This document shows positions 41,010 to 51,854 of a stretch of 64,000 nucleotides of DNA, piece after piece. The stretch comes from Nitrosomonadales bacterium (GTDB taxonomy: Bacteria; Pseudomonadota; Gammaproteobacteria; Burkholderiales; Thiobacillaceae). Every line of letters starts with the position of its first letter. Position 1 is the stretch's first letter. The stretch covers positions 1,269 to 65,268 of the forward strand of contig JAYWDZ010000336.1 in NCBI GenBank assembly GCA_043779595.1. The letters run 5' to 3'. The notes below the pieces were generated by a model. It did not search any database. It saw nothing but the letters and a program-made list of their open reading frames with translations, and had not been told where the DNA came from. The position numbers and the translations under genes were made by a program.

Positions 41010-41081
41010 TCTCGTAGGAGCCAACTATTCCGTGCCGGACAGAGGGTGATGGCAGAATAGTTGGCGCTTTGGGCTGGGAAA

Positions 41082-41471
41082 ATGCGAAGTATTTCCTGTC
41101 ATGACGCATACGAACTAGTCAATGCAGATCAACCTGCGTTGTTCATAGACGTAAGAACCGAGCTGGAACATCATATGGTGGGGCACCCGCTAGATTGCGC
41201 GTTGATCCCCTGGCAGTTAGAACCGCAATGGGAAGAAAACCGGCAGTTTGCACCCACAGTCCAAGCACTCGCGACATCTATCGATCAACCGATCGTCCTC
41301 ATCTGCCGCACTGGACAACGCGCGATGCAAGCAGCCGAGAGATTAGAGCAACTCGGTTATAGGAATGTATTCGTCGTATCCGCCGGCTTCGATGGCGAGC
41401 TTGATGAAAATGGTCATCGCAGCACTACAAACGGGTGGCGTTTCTCACAGCTACCCTGGGAACAGATGTGA
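41082..41471 (+). CDS. Rhodanese-like sulfurtransferase
   Basis: IDVRTELE..VGHP, active-site loop ICRTGQRA, GFDGELD..GHR...NGWR...LPW. Confidence 0.88.
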   Translation: MRSISCHDAYELVNADQPALFIDVRTELEHHMVGHPLDCALIPWQLEPQWEENRQFAPTVQALATSIDQPIVLICRTGQRAMQAAERLEQLGYRNVFVVSAGFDGELDENGHRSTTNGWRFSQLPWEQM

Positions 41472-41603
41472 CGAACCCATGCCCAAAGCCATCCTCGTCT
41501 AAAGCGGTATGGGGGTTACATACTCCTATTACGCCTATTCATTAAAAATGGTCCTGTCACTAAAATATTCTGAATTTAATTGAGTCACTCCAGGGAGAAT
41601 GTC

Positions 41604-42506
41604 ATGCTATTTATCGTACGTCTTGCACTGCTTTTTTTCATTACCGCTTTGTCGATAACCCCCGCGGGCGCAAGAATTATTGACCCTAACCTACCCACTA
41701 TTTCGTATATTAATTATTCTTCACTCGACCCGATTCACCCTCGCACCATCTCCGCCCAATTACGAGTGCCAGCCGGTATCACTCACAAAATGCCCGCTGT
41801 AGTCATTGTTCACGGCTCTAGTGGGGTGGATAGTCGTGGCAAGTTTTACATCGAGTCGCTGAATAATGCGGGCATCGCCACTCTCGAAATAGACATGTGG
41901 GCGGCGCGCGGATGGCTAGGCGGGATAGTCGGTCGCCCACGCGGAGTGCCCGAGACCTTACCCGACGCGTATGGCGCGCTTAAATTTCTTTCCGAGCAGC
42001 CCAATATTGATCCCCAACGTATAGGCATCATGGGTTTTTCATGGGGTGGAGTAGTAACCATGCTCACCGCAACCGAGCCCTACACTACGCGCTATATGGC
42101 CGGTGGACTCAAGTTTGCCGCGCATGTTGCACATTACCCGGTGTGCTGGGTTTATAACCGAGTGCCTGGTTACGCATTCAACGCTTTTACCGGTGCCCCC
42201 GTACTTATCCAGGCGGGCGAGCTTGACGCTTATGACGACCCCGATACATGTCCCAGTCTCGTGAAGTCGCTTCCGACATCTGCACAGGATTTCATTTCGG
42301 TGAAGGTCTATAAAAATGCTACCCACGCATGGGATCGTTTACAACCCGCCACTACAGTAACTGACCCGTATTCGCACAAAGGCTTGGGCGGCGAAGTCGA
42401 ATTCATTCCCAGCCCAGGCAAAGCCTATAAATCGCGAGATGTGGCCACACGTTTTTTTATGAACGCGTTCGGAATGGAAGAGGCCAACGCGGTCGATCTT
42501 TTTTAG
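41604..42506 (+). CDS. Secreted dienelactone-hydrolase-family alpha/beta hydrolase
   Basis: Signal peptide; HGSSG, nucleophile GFSWGG, GELD, THAWD. Confidence 0.85.
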   Translation: MLFIVRLALLFFITALSITPAGARIIDPNLPTISYINYSSLDPIHPRTISAQLRVPAGITHKMPAVVIVHGSSGVDSRGKFYIESLNNAGIATLEIDMWAARGWLGGIVGRPRGVPETLPDAYGALKFLSEQPNIDPQRIGIMGFSWGGVVTMLTATEPYTTRYMAGGLKFAAHVAHYPVCWVYNRVPGYAFNAFTGAPVLIQAGELDAYDDPDTCPSLVKSLPTSAQDFISVKVYKNATHAWDRLQPATTVTDPYSHKGLGGEVEFIPSPGKAYKSRDVATRFFMNAFGMEEANAVDLF

Positions 42507-42658
42507 GACAAAAACTGGGGGAAACACATCATGAACTCAACAGCATGCCCCGAGGTTCTCTGTGAAACACTTCAGCCTTGAGTTATCGGCACACCTCTCA
42601 AATTCAGCGGATGCAAGGCGGCGTTCAACGCTCATTTCGTTGTAGACAGGGCACAGTC

Positions 42659-43120
42659 TTAATCATCTCCATGCCCATGTTTTTTTTCATGATGCTTGCC
42701 ATGCTCTTTGCGATCACCATCCCCGCGCTCTTCCCGACGATCATCGCGGCGGTTGTCATAACGTTCACGGTGCTGTGCCTGATAATGTGGCACATATTCG
42801 CGGTCGTACCAGCTGTCTTGCACGAAGTAAACGGGCTCGCCGCATGCGTTATATTGAGCGCAATGCTTGCTCCAGTGTTTGGCGTGGCCAGGAGGAACAT
42901 GCAGATATACGGGCTCGCGTTGTACCGGTACCCGTTGAATAATGCGGGGCTCTTGGTAAATCACCCGGGGTCGCCCGTAGTCCCTTATATCCAGCGGCCC
43001 GTAATAACCCGGCTGACCAATATTGATTGAAACGTCAACGTTGGCCGCGAAGCTTGTAGTCAGGCTGGTTAGAGTGGCTGCCATCAATGCGGTGGCAGCG
43101 ATTTTTGAAATATTGCTCAT
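42659..43120 (-). CDS. Secreted Pro/His-rich hypothetical protein
   Basis: Signal peptide; VSINIGQPGYYG, VYLHVPPGHAKHWSKHC..YNACG.PVYFV; charged, His-rich tail. Confidence 0.82.
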   Translation of the reverse strand: MSNISKIAATALMAATLTSLTTSFAANVDVSINIGQPGYYGPLDIRDYGRPRVIYQEPRIIQRVPVQREPVYLHVPPGHAKHWSKHCAQYNACGEPVYFVQDSWYDREYVPHYQAQHRERYDNRRDDRREERGDGDRKEHGKHHEKKHGHGDD

Positions 43121-43205
43121 GTTGAATCTCCGGGTTGGGGGGCGTTTCAACATCCACTTTATACCTATCGCGTCCTATATATACTTTTGCGACCCAAATG
43201 CACGG

Positions 43206-46200
43206 TTAACTAGGGATGCTTAAACCTCGACTTGTGCGCTTACGCGCTTTTTGAACTAGCCGCCGCAGCAACTGTTCGAGGTCATCGATGTAGGTGAAAA
43301 CGACCGGCACCACTAATAGACTCAACAGGGTAGAAGTGATCAACCCACCAATCACCGCCACGGCCATCGGCGAACGAAAGCTGGGGTCGGCGCTCAAGCC
43401 TAATGCCAGCGGTAACATGCCGACTCCCATCGCGATGGTGGTCATTACAATTGGACGGCTGCGTTTGTGGCAGGCATCGACCAGCGCATCGAAGCGATCC
43501 ATCCCCGCTTCGCGCGCGATGATTGCGTAATCCACCAGCAAAATTGAGTTTTTGGTGACGATGCCCATCAGCATGATTAAGCCAATCATCGAGGGCATCG
43601 ACAAGGCTTTGCCAGTGAGCAGCAACGCAATGAACGCACCTCCAATGGATAGGGGCAATGCCGCCAGAATCGTAACGGGTTGCAAAAAATCGCGGAACAG
43701 TAAAACCAGCACACCATAAATGCACAGCACACCGATGGTCATTGCCAGCCCAAAGCTGGCAAACAGCGCTTGCATTTCCTGAGTGTCACCCAGTTCGGCA
43801 ATTTTTACAGCGGGAGGCAAGTTGCGCATTGACGGTAGCGCGCGCGCCTCAGTATTGACTTCGCCCAAGGTGCGCTGGCCCAGTTCAACATCAAACACAA
43901 CGTTGCGACTACGGTTGAGTCGGTCGATTTGCGCCGGCCCGCTTTCCATTGAAATGCTGGCCACGTTTCCCAACATCACCGGGCCATTTTTACCCGGCAC
44001 CGTCAGGCGGGCGATAGCGGCCAAATCGGCACGCACCGAGTCTGGTAGCTTGACGCGTATCGGCACCTGGCGCTCTGCCAAATTTAATTTGGGCAAATGC
44101 GTATCGTAGTCGCCCGCCGTGGCGACACGTACGGTTTCACCAATGCTCGCAGCTGTCACCCCCAAGTCGGCGGCACGTGCAAAATCGGGACGCACAATAA
44201 TTTCCGGTCGCACTAACGAGGCGCTCGAGCTGACATTCCCTATTCCTTGCAGGGTACGCAGTTCTCGTTCAACCTGATGCGCGGTTTCAGACAGCACGAC
44301 CGGGTCTTCACTTCGCAGCACCAATTGCATTTTGACGCCGGTATCCTGCCTGCCAACGCTGAAGCGCGCGCCAGGAATATCGGTCATTTTGGCGCGGATT
44401 TGCGTTTCAATTTCTGCCAGCGACTCGCTACGGTCATCGCGATGTGTGGTCAAAAGCGTGAGCACTGCCCGCCGGGCTTCGGCCGGTGCACCGGGCGCAA
44501 AAGCATCGCCGCTAGAGCCTCCGCCAATTGAGCTAAAGATATGTTGCACACCCTTAGCCTGCATAGCCGCGACACGCGCGCGCTCGGCCACCTCACGCGT
44601 TTCCGTCAACGTACTGCCGGGCGGTAACTCGATATTGATTTGGGTTTGCGCGCGGTCCGCTGCGGGCACAAAGCCTGTCGGTAGCAATGGGACCAGCGCA
44701 ATTGAGGCGATAAAAAATATTGCGGAACCGATGACCGTCATTAGCCGGTGATTCAAACACCACCGCATTGTGTCCAGATAGCGCTGCATAATCCAGCCGT
44801 CTTTGCGTTGCTTCGTAGAGGCGGGTTTAAGCAGATAGGCAGCCATCATCGGCGTGAGCAAGCGGGCCACCATTAATGACGCCAATATCGCGAGTACCGC
44901 AGTCCAGCCAAACTGCTTGAAAAACAATCCGGGAATGCCGCTCATGAATGCGGTGGGAAGAAATACCGCAACCAGTGCAAACGTGGTGGCAATCACCGCC
45001 ATCCCGATCTCATTCGCGGCATCGGTGGCAGCCTGCATAGGGGTTTTGCCCATGCGTAAGTGACGTGCAATGTTTTCAATTTCAACAATCGCGTCATCCA
45101 CCAGTACGCCCACCACCAGCGCCAGCGAAATCAGGGTTACGGTATTGAGCGTGTAGCCGAAATACGACAAGCCAAGAAAAGTAGGGATTACTGACAAAGG
45201 CAGGGCGGTACTCGTAATGAGGGTAGCGCGCCAGTCGCGCAAGAACATCCACACGACCAGCACGGCCAGCAACGCGCCTTCGTACAACACGGTCATTGAA
45301 CCATCGAAGTTTTCTGCGATGGGATCGGCATTATCAATGGCCTGTTTTAGCACGATGTTGGCGTGTGCCGCCTGTAATTCATCGACCGCCTTGAGTGCTC
45401 CCGCGGCCACATCGAGTTCGCTCGCTCCTTTGGTGCGGAATATCTCGAAGCCCACTACTTTATGGCCATCGTATGTCGCCACTGAGCGCGGCTCAGCCAC
45501 GGTATCGGTAATTTTGGCGATTTGGTCGAGCCGCACATGGCGCCCATCCGCGAGTGGAATATCCAGTATGCCCAACTCGGCCGCGTTATGAACGGTGGCG
45601 ATGGTGCGCACCGACTGCTCGGCCCCGCTCACATCACCCCGCCCGCCGGGCGCTTCCTGCTGCACCAGTCGAAGACGGCGCGAAACATCGATAGCGGCCA
45701 CATTAAGGGCTGCCATTTTGGCTGCGTCCAATTCCACACGCACTTCGCGGTCGACCCCGCCGACGCGTTTGATGGCCCCCAGTCCGGGCACACTCAGCAG
45801 TCGCTTGGCGACGGTGTTATCGATAAACCAGCTGAGATCCTGATCGTCGAGCTTGCTGTTGGGGGCTGCCTCGGCCGTGAACGTCAACACCACGCGACCC
45901 GCGGTGGATACCTTGGTTACCGCGGGATCGCGCAATTCGCTGGGTAAATCGGCCCGCACTCGGGCAACCGCATCGCGCACGTCATTCACGGCCTCAGCGA
46001 TCGGTTTTTCCAGTACAAATTCCACCGTCACATACACGACGCCGTCGAGCACTTTGGTAAAGATATTTTTGATGCCCTGCAGCGGGGCGACCGCGTCTTC
46101 GAGCTTGCGTGCAACATCGGTTTCCAGCTGTGCAGGTGCGGCGCCAGGGAGCGCAGCACTTACCGTAACCAGCGGCAATTCAATATCCGGAAAATCCTGC

Positions 46201-46301
46201 ACTTTGTTGCTGCGATACGCGAACAACCCGGCCAAGGTCAGTAGCGCAAACAGCATAATCGCGGGGATAGGATTCCGGATGGAAAGCGTGGAAAAATTCA
46301 C
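43206..46301 (-). CDS. RND efflux transporter permease (AcrB family)
   Basis: SIRNPIPAI, VGVLVDDAIVEIENI, GIVTKNSILLVD, RSRPIVMTT; start taken at the GTG at 46301. Confidence 0.95.
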   Translation of the reverse strand: MNFSTLSIRNPIPAIMLFALLTLAGLFAYRSNKVQDFPDIELPLVTVSAALPGAAPAQLETDVARKLEDAVAPLQGIKNIFTKVLDGVVYVTVEFVLEKPIAEAVNDVRDAVARVRADLPSELRDPAVTKVSTAGRVVLTFTAEAAPNSKLDDQDLSWFIDNTVAKRLLSVPGLGAIKRVGGVDREVRVELDAAKMAALNVAAIDVSRRLRLVQQEAPGGRGDVSGAEQSVRTIATVHNAAELGILDIPLADGRHVRLDQIAKITDTVAEPRSVATYDGHKVVGFEIFRTKGASELDVAAGALKAVDELQAAHANIVLKQAIDNADPIAENFDGSMTVLYEGALLAVLVVWMFLRDWRATLITSTALPLSVIPTFLGLSYFGYTLNTVTLISLALVVGVLVDDAIVEIENIARHLRMGKTPMQAATDAANEIGMAVIATTFALVAVFLPTAFMSGIPGLFFKQFGWTAVLAILASLMVARLLTPMMAAYLLKPASTKQRKDGWIMQRYLDTMRWCLNHRLMTVIGSAIFFIASIALVPLLPTGFVPAADRAQTQINIELPPGSTLTETREVAERARVAAMQAKGVQHIFSSIGGGSSGDAFAPGAPAEARRAVLTLLTTHRDDRSESLAEIETQIRAKMTDIPGARFSVGRQDTGVKMQLVLRSEDPVVLSETAHQVERELRTLQGIGNVSSSASLVRPEIIVRPDFARAADLGVTAASIGETVRVATAGDYDTHLPKLNLAERQVPIRVKLPDSVRADLAAIARLTVPGKNGPVMLGNVASISMESGPAQIDRLNRSRNVVFDVELGQRTLGEVNTEARALPSMRNLPPAVKIAELGDTQEMQALFASFGLAMTIGVLCIYGVLVLLFRDFLQPVTILAALPLSIGGAFIALLLTGKALSMPSMIGLIMLMGIVTKNSILLVDYAIIAREAGMDRFDALVDACHKRSRPIVMTTIAMGVGMLPLALGLSADPSFRSPMAVAVIGGLITSTLLSLLVVPVVFTYIDDLEQLLRRLVQKARKRTSRGLSIPS

Positions 46302-46365
46302 GTTAAATGCCTTGCTAAGGGTGAAGCGATTGCGCTTGTGGTCGGGATCGAAATGCAATGCGTAT

Positions 46366-47475
46366 TCATTTCACGCTCTTTACTAGATCGCCGTCGTTCA
46401 AGAATCCCGCGCCGCTCACTACTATTAAGGCCTCTGGTGCGATGCCTTCCAGCACTTCTACTTGATTCCTCAGACGGCGGCCTGTACGAATTTTGAGCTG
46501 GCTCACTCTATGATCTGCATTCAAACGGAATGCGTAATTGAAGCCATCGCGGATCACCACGGCTTGCTGCGGCACGGTCAATGCCGGAGAGGTGCCCATC
46601 TCGAATTCGCCTTCGGCAAACATCCCCGTTTTCGCAGGTGACTCTTTTCCCCGCGCACGGGGCAGATCGACATAGACCAATGCGGTACGTGTAAGCGGGT
46701 CCACCGTAGGGGCAATCATTCGCACCCGGCCGATAATCTGCGCGCCATTCGTGACCTTCACCCGCGCCACAGTGCCGGGCCGGATTCGGCCCAATTCTGT
46801 TGCGGTAACTTCGGCTCGCCACTCGAGTCGGCCTTGCCGAATCATGCGGAAGAGTTCGGTGCCACTCGAGACGACAGCGCCTACGGTTGCGCTGCGGGTG
46901 GAAATAATCCCATCGTCGGGTGCGAGCAGGCGGGTATGTCGCAGTCGGAGTTTTTGCGCCGCCAACATCGCCCGACTCGCCGCCACCCGAGATTTTGCCG
47001 TTTGCTCCGCGGTGAAATACTGATTGATCTGCTGCGCACTTAACGCGCCGGTAGACTGCAGCGTGCGTGCCCGCGCAGCGTTAGCGCTAGCCTCGGCTGC
47101 ATTAGCAAGACTCTCGTTCAAATTAGCATTGGCTTGGGCCACGTCGGCATCAATTCCCTCCGCAGCAAACGTGGCGAGCACTTGTCCCGCGCGCACGCTA
47201 TCCCCCACATTGACGCGTACCTCGGTTAGGCGCAATCCACTCGACTCGCTGCCAATAATGGCTTCCTGCCAAGCCACGATATTGCCGTTGGCGACAAGCG
47301 TGATGGGTAAACTCGCCTGAACGGGGAGGGTGGTCGTCACTGTTAATGCGGGCTTAGGGGCCTGTTGATCAGTAGCTGGTTTTCCTTTGGAAGAAAACAG
47401 CCCTATTGCCGCGCCTAGCAACACGACTAGCGCCACTAAAATCCACACCACACGTTTGAACTTGAATCGCTTCAT
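46366..47475 (-). CDS. RND periplasmic adaptor (MFP)
   Basis: N-terminal TM; VNVGDSVRAGQVLA, APDDGII, PTVDPLTRT, VPQQAVV. Confidence 0.93.
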   Translation of the reverse strand: MKRFKFKRVVWILVALVVLLGAAIGLFSSKGKPATDQQAPKPALTVTTTLPVQASLPITLVANGNIVAWQEAIIGSESSGLRLTEVRVNVGDSVRAGQVLATFAAEGIDADVAQANANLNESLANAAEASANAARARTLQSTGALSAQQINQYFTAEQTAKSRVAASRAMLAAQKLRLRHTRLLAPDDGIISTRSATVGAVVSSGTELFRMIRQGRLEWRAEVTATELGRIRPGTVARVKVTNGAQIIGRVRMIAPTVDPLTRTALVYVDLPRARGKESPAKTGMFAEGEFEMGTSPALTVPQQAVVIRDGFNYAFRLNADHRVSQLKIRTGRRLRNQVEVLEGIAPEALIVVSGAGFLNDGDLVKSVK

Positions 47476-47488
47476 AGGGTTTATTGAT

Positions 47489-48958
47489 CTATTTTTTCCA
47501 GAAGGGTGCGGTTGCTATTACCGGCTCAGACTCGGGCGAGGGGGGTGGCACCTGCCGCTGTGTGTTATCCCATCCGCCGCCAGCTGCGCGGTATAACGAA
47601 ATCCAAGCGGCCATGCGTTCTTGCTGCAATGACACGAGGGCAAGTTCAGCAGCAAACCGGGTGCGGCGTGCTTCTTCCAATTCGTACAAACTGGTGAGGC
47701 CATTCTGATAAAGACTTTCAGTGCCGCCCAATGAGGTACGGAAACCTTCCACCGCCACCGCGACGAACTTGCTTCGGGCATCGACACTTTGCAAGTTCAC
47801 TAGCGCTTGTTCAACCTCTCGCACCGCATTTCGCACGGCGCTTTGGTAGTTAATGACAGCCGCATCGTAGTGCACGCGTGCGACCTGCAAGTTGGCCTTG
47901 CTTCTGCCCCCATTAAAAAGCGGGGCGCTAAGCGCTAACGGGCCGATCGACCAAGTCGACAGATCGGTGGTCACGCCACCTCCAGTAAAGCGCGCCACCC
48001 CAACCGATCCACTCAGGCTTAGGCGGGGAAAACGCTGCGCTTTGGCACCGCCCACTTCAAAGCTTGCGGCGACAAGTTCACGTTCAGCCGAGTACACATC
48101 CGGGCGTTGTGCTAATACCTGGGCCGGGATGCTTGCAATTGAAATATTTGCAGCTGTCGGAAATCGGGCAGGCGTCTCGGCCAAATGACGACGCAGTTCC
48201 GGCTCCGACATCGCTGACAATGCGACCAGTGCTTTGACATCAAGGTCGCATTGCGCCTGCTGCTGCGACACGCGACCATTGCCTTCAGCGGCACTGGCAC
48301 GCGCAAGCGCAGCGGTAGCGGGCGCCACAAAACCCGCCTCAGCGCTTAATGCGGATAAACGCGCCGTCTCGGACCGGGATGTGGCATCTGAACGCGTGAT
48401 CCGCAAAAGCACCTCACATGCACGCAAGCTGTAGTAGTTATTCGCCACTTCGGCCGCCACCGATACCCGGGCTTCATGCCATCCGGCCTCGGCACCTTCC
48501 AAACGGGCTTGTGCGCCGTCACGGCTCGCACGATTGGCCCCGAATAAATCGATCTCCCAGGACGACTGCAAAGCCCCCTGCAGCATAGTATTTTTCGGAA
48601 TAACGGGGGGCTGGGCACTGCTCCGTGTAGCACTTAAAGTCGCATCAAGACGTGGGTGCAAAACTGCATCGGCGACAACGCGAGTTTGGCGAGCTTCTTC
48701 GATACGCGATCTGGCGAGCGCTAGACTTGTATTGACCTTTTGCGCGGACGATATCAATTGAATCAGCAGCGGATCCCCTAATTGGTTCCACCATTGGGAA
48801 AGATCCGTCAACGTGCCATTGTGTGGCAGTGGAGCGTACCACTGCGGGGGTATTGCACTCTGAGTGTCCGGATAGGGAGTATTGATGCTACAAGCACTCA
48901 GCCCAAATAATGTGCAGGTCACTGTCGCTCTTGCTATCAGCTTCATTAGATTTTTCAA
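47489..48958 (-). CDS. Outer-membrane efflux lipoprotein (NodT/OprM family)
   Basis: Lipobox LSA-C, WW..LGDPLL, SWEIDLFG, LAQRPDV..AER, LYRAAGGGW. Confidence 0.93.
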   Translation of the reverse strand: MKNLMKLIARATVTCTLFGLSACSINTPYPDTQSAIPPQWYAPLPHNGTLTDLSQWWNQLGDPLLIQLISSAQKVNTSLALARSRIEEARQTRVVADAVLHPRLDATLSATRSSAQPPVIPKNTMLQGALQSSWEIDLFGANRASRDGAQARLEGAEAGWHEARVSVAAEVANNYYSLRACEVLLRITRSDATSRSETARLSALSAEAGFVAPATAALARASAAEGNGRVSQQQAQCDLDVKALVALSAMSEPELRRHLAETPARFPTAANISIASIPAQVLAQRPDVYSAERELVAASFEVGGAKAQRFPRLSLSGSVGVARFTGGGVTTDLSTWSIGPLALSAPLFNGGRSKANLQVARVHYDAAVINYQSAVRNAVREVEQALVNLQSVDARSKFVAVAVEGFRTSLGGTESLYQNGLTSLYELEEARRTRFAAELALVSLQQERMAAWISLYRAAGGGWDNTQRQVPPPSPESEPVIATAPFWKK

Positions 48959-49213
48959 GAAGGTAAAACCTAATGCTAAGTATAAGGATAAGTGGCTCCC
49001 CGCAAAAAAAACGAAGCCTTATCGCACCTAATGCGGGAACAAGTTTTGATTGATTTGGATAGTAGGGGAATACACCGCGCCAGTCCACTCACCCCACATG
49101 AACAGGCACACATTTTTTAGAGAAGCTTAAATGCTCTATTGAAGGCGAGAGCAGTGAGGTGTTTACCCATACGGCACAGGATCGTGCCGCATTGTGGATC
49201 TTCGATTTAAAGT

Positions 49214-49789
49214 TCAGATTTCTGCAGTGACGGATGAGTGCATTATGGTGTGCAAAGGATCAAATATTTTCGGTGATTCAATTGCAATCTTTGTCCAATC
49301 TACCTGGTCATACCAACCACATTTGGGGTTATCGACATGGTCGAAATATTTAACGTAAGGTTTAATATCCAATAGAGGCGTGCCATCCAGCACATCAACA
49401 TCAGTGCAATTAAGAATATTTCCCTGAATTGATTCAAGACTAAGAATGCTGATGCCAATATGGTTTGGACGTGTTGGGAACCGGCTCGCAAAAATGCCAT
49501 GTTCCTGATCAGGATCGAAACAAGGCCTTGCTTTTAATTTTATTTCGAACTGTTTGTGGAAATAATAAATAACAATAATGTGCGAAAACTCTTGGAGTCC
49601 AGTTAATCCATCACAGTAGGCTTCTTCGATAGTGATAGTGCCTTTGCCGCCCTCAATGCGGGCTTGGCGGGGTGAACAACGAGGATTTATATAGGGTGAA
49701 TTGATGATCCCGATTGGCCTTAAAGGAATATGCAATTTAAGCTCCCTATTTAGTTTCACATCGTTTATGTAATATGTAACATTGCGCAT
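49214..49789 (-). CDS. tsaA: TrmO/TsaA-family SAM-binding tRNA methyltransferase-like protein
   Basis: PIGIINSPY, GLQEFSHI, GIFASRFPTRPNHIG, DVLDGTPLLDIKPY. Confidence 0.85.
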   Translation of the reverse strand: MRNVTYYINDVKLNRELKLHIPLRPIGIINSPYINPRCSPRQARIEGGKGTITIEEAYCDGLTGLQEFSHIIVIYYFHKQFEIKLKARPCFDPDQEHGIFASRFPTRPNHIGISILSLESIQGNILNCTDVDVLDGTPLLDIKPYVKYFDHVDNPKCGWYDQVDWTKIAIESPKIFDPLHTIMHSSVTAEI

Positions 49790-49887
49790 GCCTTGCTAAC
49801 TCCACACGGCGCAATGTTCACGTATATTCTCGGAAAAAATGCTTCAATAGAAATTCTAAATATGAATAGAACTTATAGTTTTTATAA

Positions 49888-50808
49888 ATGAACATTAACC
49901 AGCTTCGCTATGTGCAAGGAGTGATAGAAACCGGATCCTTTAGCAAGGCTGCAGCCCTTTGTTGTGTAACACAACCCACTTTATCGAATGCTGTTGCCCA
50001 GCTGGAAGATGAACTGGGAAACAAAATTTTTGTTCGAACTACCCGGCGCGTTACTTTAAGTGCATTCGGAGTTCGCCTGCTACCGTTTATTGAAGCGATA
50101 TTGCTCAATCAAAGTTCCATGAAGCAAGCCGCCTGGAACTATCAACACCCATTACAAGTGGTTATCAGAATCGGGGTCTCTCCCCTGATTAATCTAACTT
50201 TGGTAAAAAATGCCGCAGCGCAGCTGAGCAAGACCAACACTCATGTTGAGTTTATTTTCGAACAGGCAAACATGGCGGAGCTTGAGGAGCGCCTCAGATT
50301 ACAAGAGTTAGAACTTATTTTTGTGCCAGTCAGTCTGTCCTCGAATACCGAATTCAAACAACTTTTGTATGAGGAGCCGCTCTGTTTTTTGGCCTCGGGA
50401 AGCCAAAATAATTATCCTGTTGATCGCCCAATTAGTTTATCTGACATAGCGAGAGAAACTTTTGTCTTAGTCGCCGAGGGATGCGGCTTAAGTCGTACGA
50501 CGAAAGAGCTGTTTAAATCGCAGCACTTACAATTAAACGAATATGAAGGACGTGCGCTTAGTTATCACGTGTTGGCGGAATGGGCCGCCTTAGGCGTGGG
50601 GGCAGCTATCCTGCCCCACTCCAAAATAATCCCCCCCAATTTGCAAGCTCGACCATTAGCCTCCGATAGCGGTGAAATATTAAAAATTAGTTATGAGGTG
50701 AGGGGTAATAAAAATTCCGTTTTGGACAGTTTAATTCGTGATTTTGTACAGCATCTAAATTTTAAAAATAATCCAACTCATCCATTGGAAACCGCTCCCC
50801 TTGCTTGA
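49888..50808 (+). CDS. LysR family regulator
   Basis: MNINQLRY..SFSKAA..C.VTQPTLSNAVAQLEDELG..F.RTTR helix-turn-helix. Confidence 0.93.
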   Translation: MNINQLRYVQGVIETGSFSKAAALCCVTQPTLSNAVAQLEDELGNKIFVRTTRRVTLSAFGVRLLPFIEAILLNQSSMKQAAWNYQHPLQVVIRIGVSPLINLTLVKNAAAQLSKTNTHVEFIFEQANMAELEERLRLQELELIFVPVSLSSNTEFKQLLYEEPLCFLASGSQNNYPVDRPISLSDIARETFVLVAEGCGLSRTTKELFKSQHLQLNEYEGRALSYHVLAEWAALGVGAAILPHSKIIPPNLQARPLASDSGEILKISYEVRGNKNSVLDSLIRDFVQHLNFKNNPTHPLETAPLA

Positions 50809-51105
50809 AAGTGTCAGCCCCAAGTATTCAACCATACGGTTAACATAACTTCCGGGCCAAGTTTATGGTCTGCGCCCAGCTTGAGCCTCAGCTGTGCCAC
50901 CTAATGTGTAACCTCAGATTTGGCCTTTTCAAGGCTTTTTTTTCGACCGATGGGTTTGTCTTTCGGGGCACTACCAATATTTATAGCGTCTTCGAATAAA
51001 TTCCATGTGGAAATACAATTTTTTACCGCGATAAGAAATAGGTAATCTTCGGTCACGTTGGCGTCCCGCTAGCGATGCTTAACAATCCATCAAAGGAGAG
51101 TGACC

Positions 51106-51387
51106 ATGGTTTTTCTACAAATAAACTTGGATGTTGCAGCTAAAGATCGTGCTGCGGCTGCAGCGGTTTATACCCAATATAAAAATGAATTTTTGGGCCA
51201 GGTGAAAGGAGCGGTGTCTAAGGAACTGCTAATAAGAGAAGATGACGTGCAAGTTCTACACGGCTTTGACTCAGCTGAAAATGCCCGGTTTTATTTAGAC
51301 AGTGATTTGTTCAATCGAGATGTGGTGAGCGCATTAAAGCCACTCTTGCAAGGCCCCCCTGATGTCCGCTTGTACGAAAAAGCCTGA
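51106..51387 (+). CDS. Small alpha/beta-barrel-like protein, cytoplasmic paralog
   Basis: AAGGAG RBS; shares DRAAA.AVYT.YK, SKELLIR.DDVQVLHGF and SDLF..DVV..LKPLL with the next gene. Confidence 0.8.
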   Translation: MVFLQINLDVAAKDRAAAAAVYTQYKNEFLGQVKGAVSKELLIREDDVQVLHGFDSAENARFYLDSDLFNRDVVSALKPLLQGPPDVRLYEKA

Positions 51388-51432
51388 TAGCTGAAGCCAT
51401 CCTCGTTCATTTTTTTATCCTTGGAGCATCAC

Positions 51433-51804
51433 ATGAAAAAAAGTATTTTTCGGAATTTCGCCACGCTTTTCTCCCTACTAATCGCATCGGCTCTCACGCT
51501 TCCGTCCCTTGCGTATGCTGAAAAGGTGTATCTGGAAATCACGCTCAAGGTCGACCCACAGGACAGGGCTGCTGCCGGCGCGGTCTACACCAAGTATAAA
51601 AAACCATTTTTAACCAAAATTCCCGGTGCGACCTCGAAAGAACTCCTGATTCGGGATGACGATGTTCAAGTGCTGCACGGGTTTGCCACCCGCCAACAAG
51701 CCGAGGCTTATCTGAGTAGTGACCTCTTTACGAAAGATGTGGTGGCAGAATTAAAACCTTTGTTAAAAGCTGATCCTGAAGTGCGGATATATTCAGCTAA
51801 TTAA
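51433..51804 (+). CDS. Small alpha/beta-barrel-like protein, exported paralog
   Basis: Signal peptide ending AYA followed by a domain paralogous to the 51106 gene. Confidence 0.8.
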   Translation: MKKSIFRNFATLFSLLIASALTLPSLAYAEKVYLEITLKVDPQDRAAAGAVYTKYKKPFLTKIPGATSKELLIRDDDVQVLHGFATRQQAEAYLSSDLFTKDVVAELKPLLKADPEVRIYSAN

Positions 51805-51854
51805 CTAAAGCCGAGACATAACTCGAGCCGCTACAACTTTAACAGGGAGAGATA

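Noticed and set aside
42578-43030. 150-aa hydrophobic plus-strand ORF
   Set aside because: Antisense to the better-supported secreted protein; the hydrophobicity mirrors its charged tail.
50839-50866. GTTAACATAA resembling a XerD half-site
   Set aside because: No XerC arm at the 6-bp spacing, so not a second dif.
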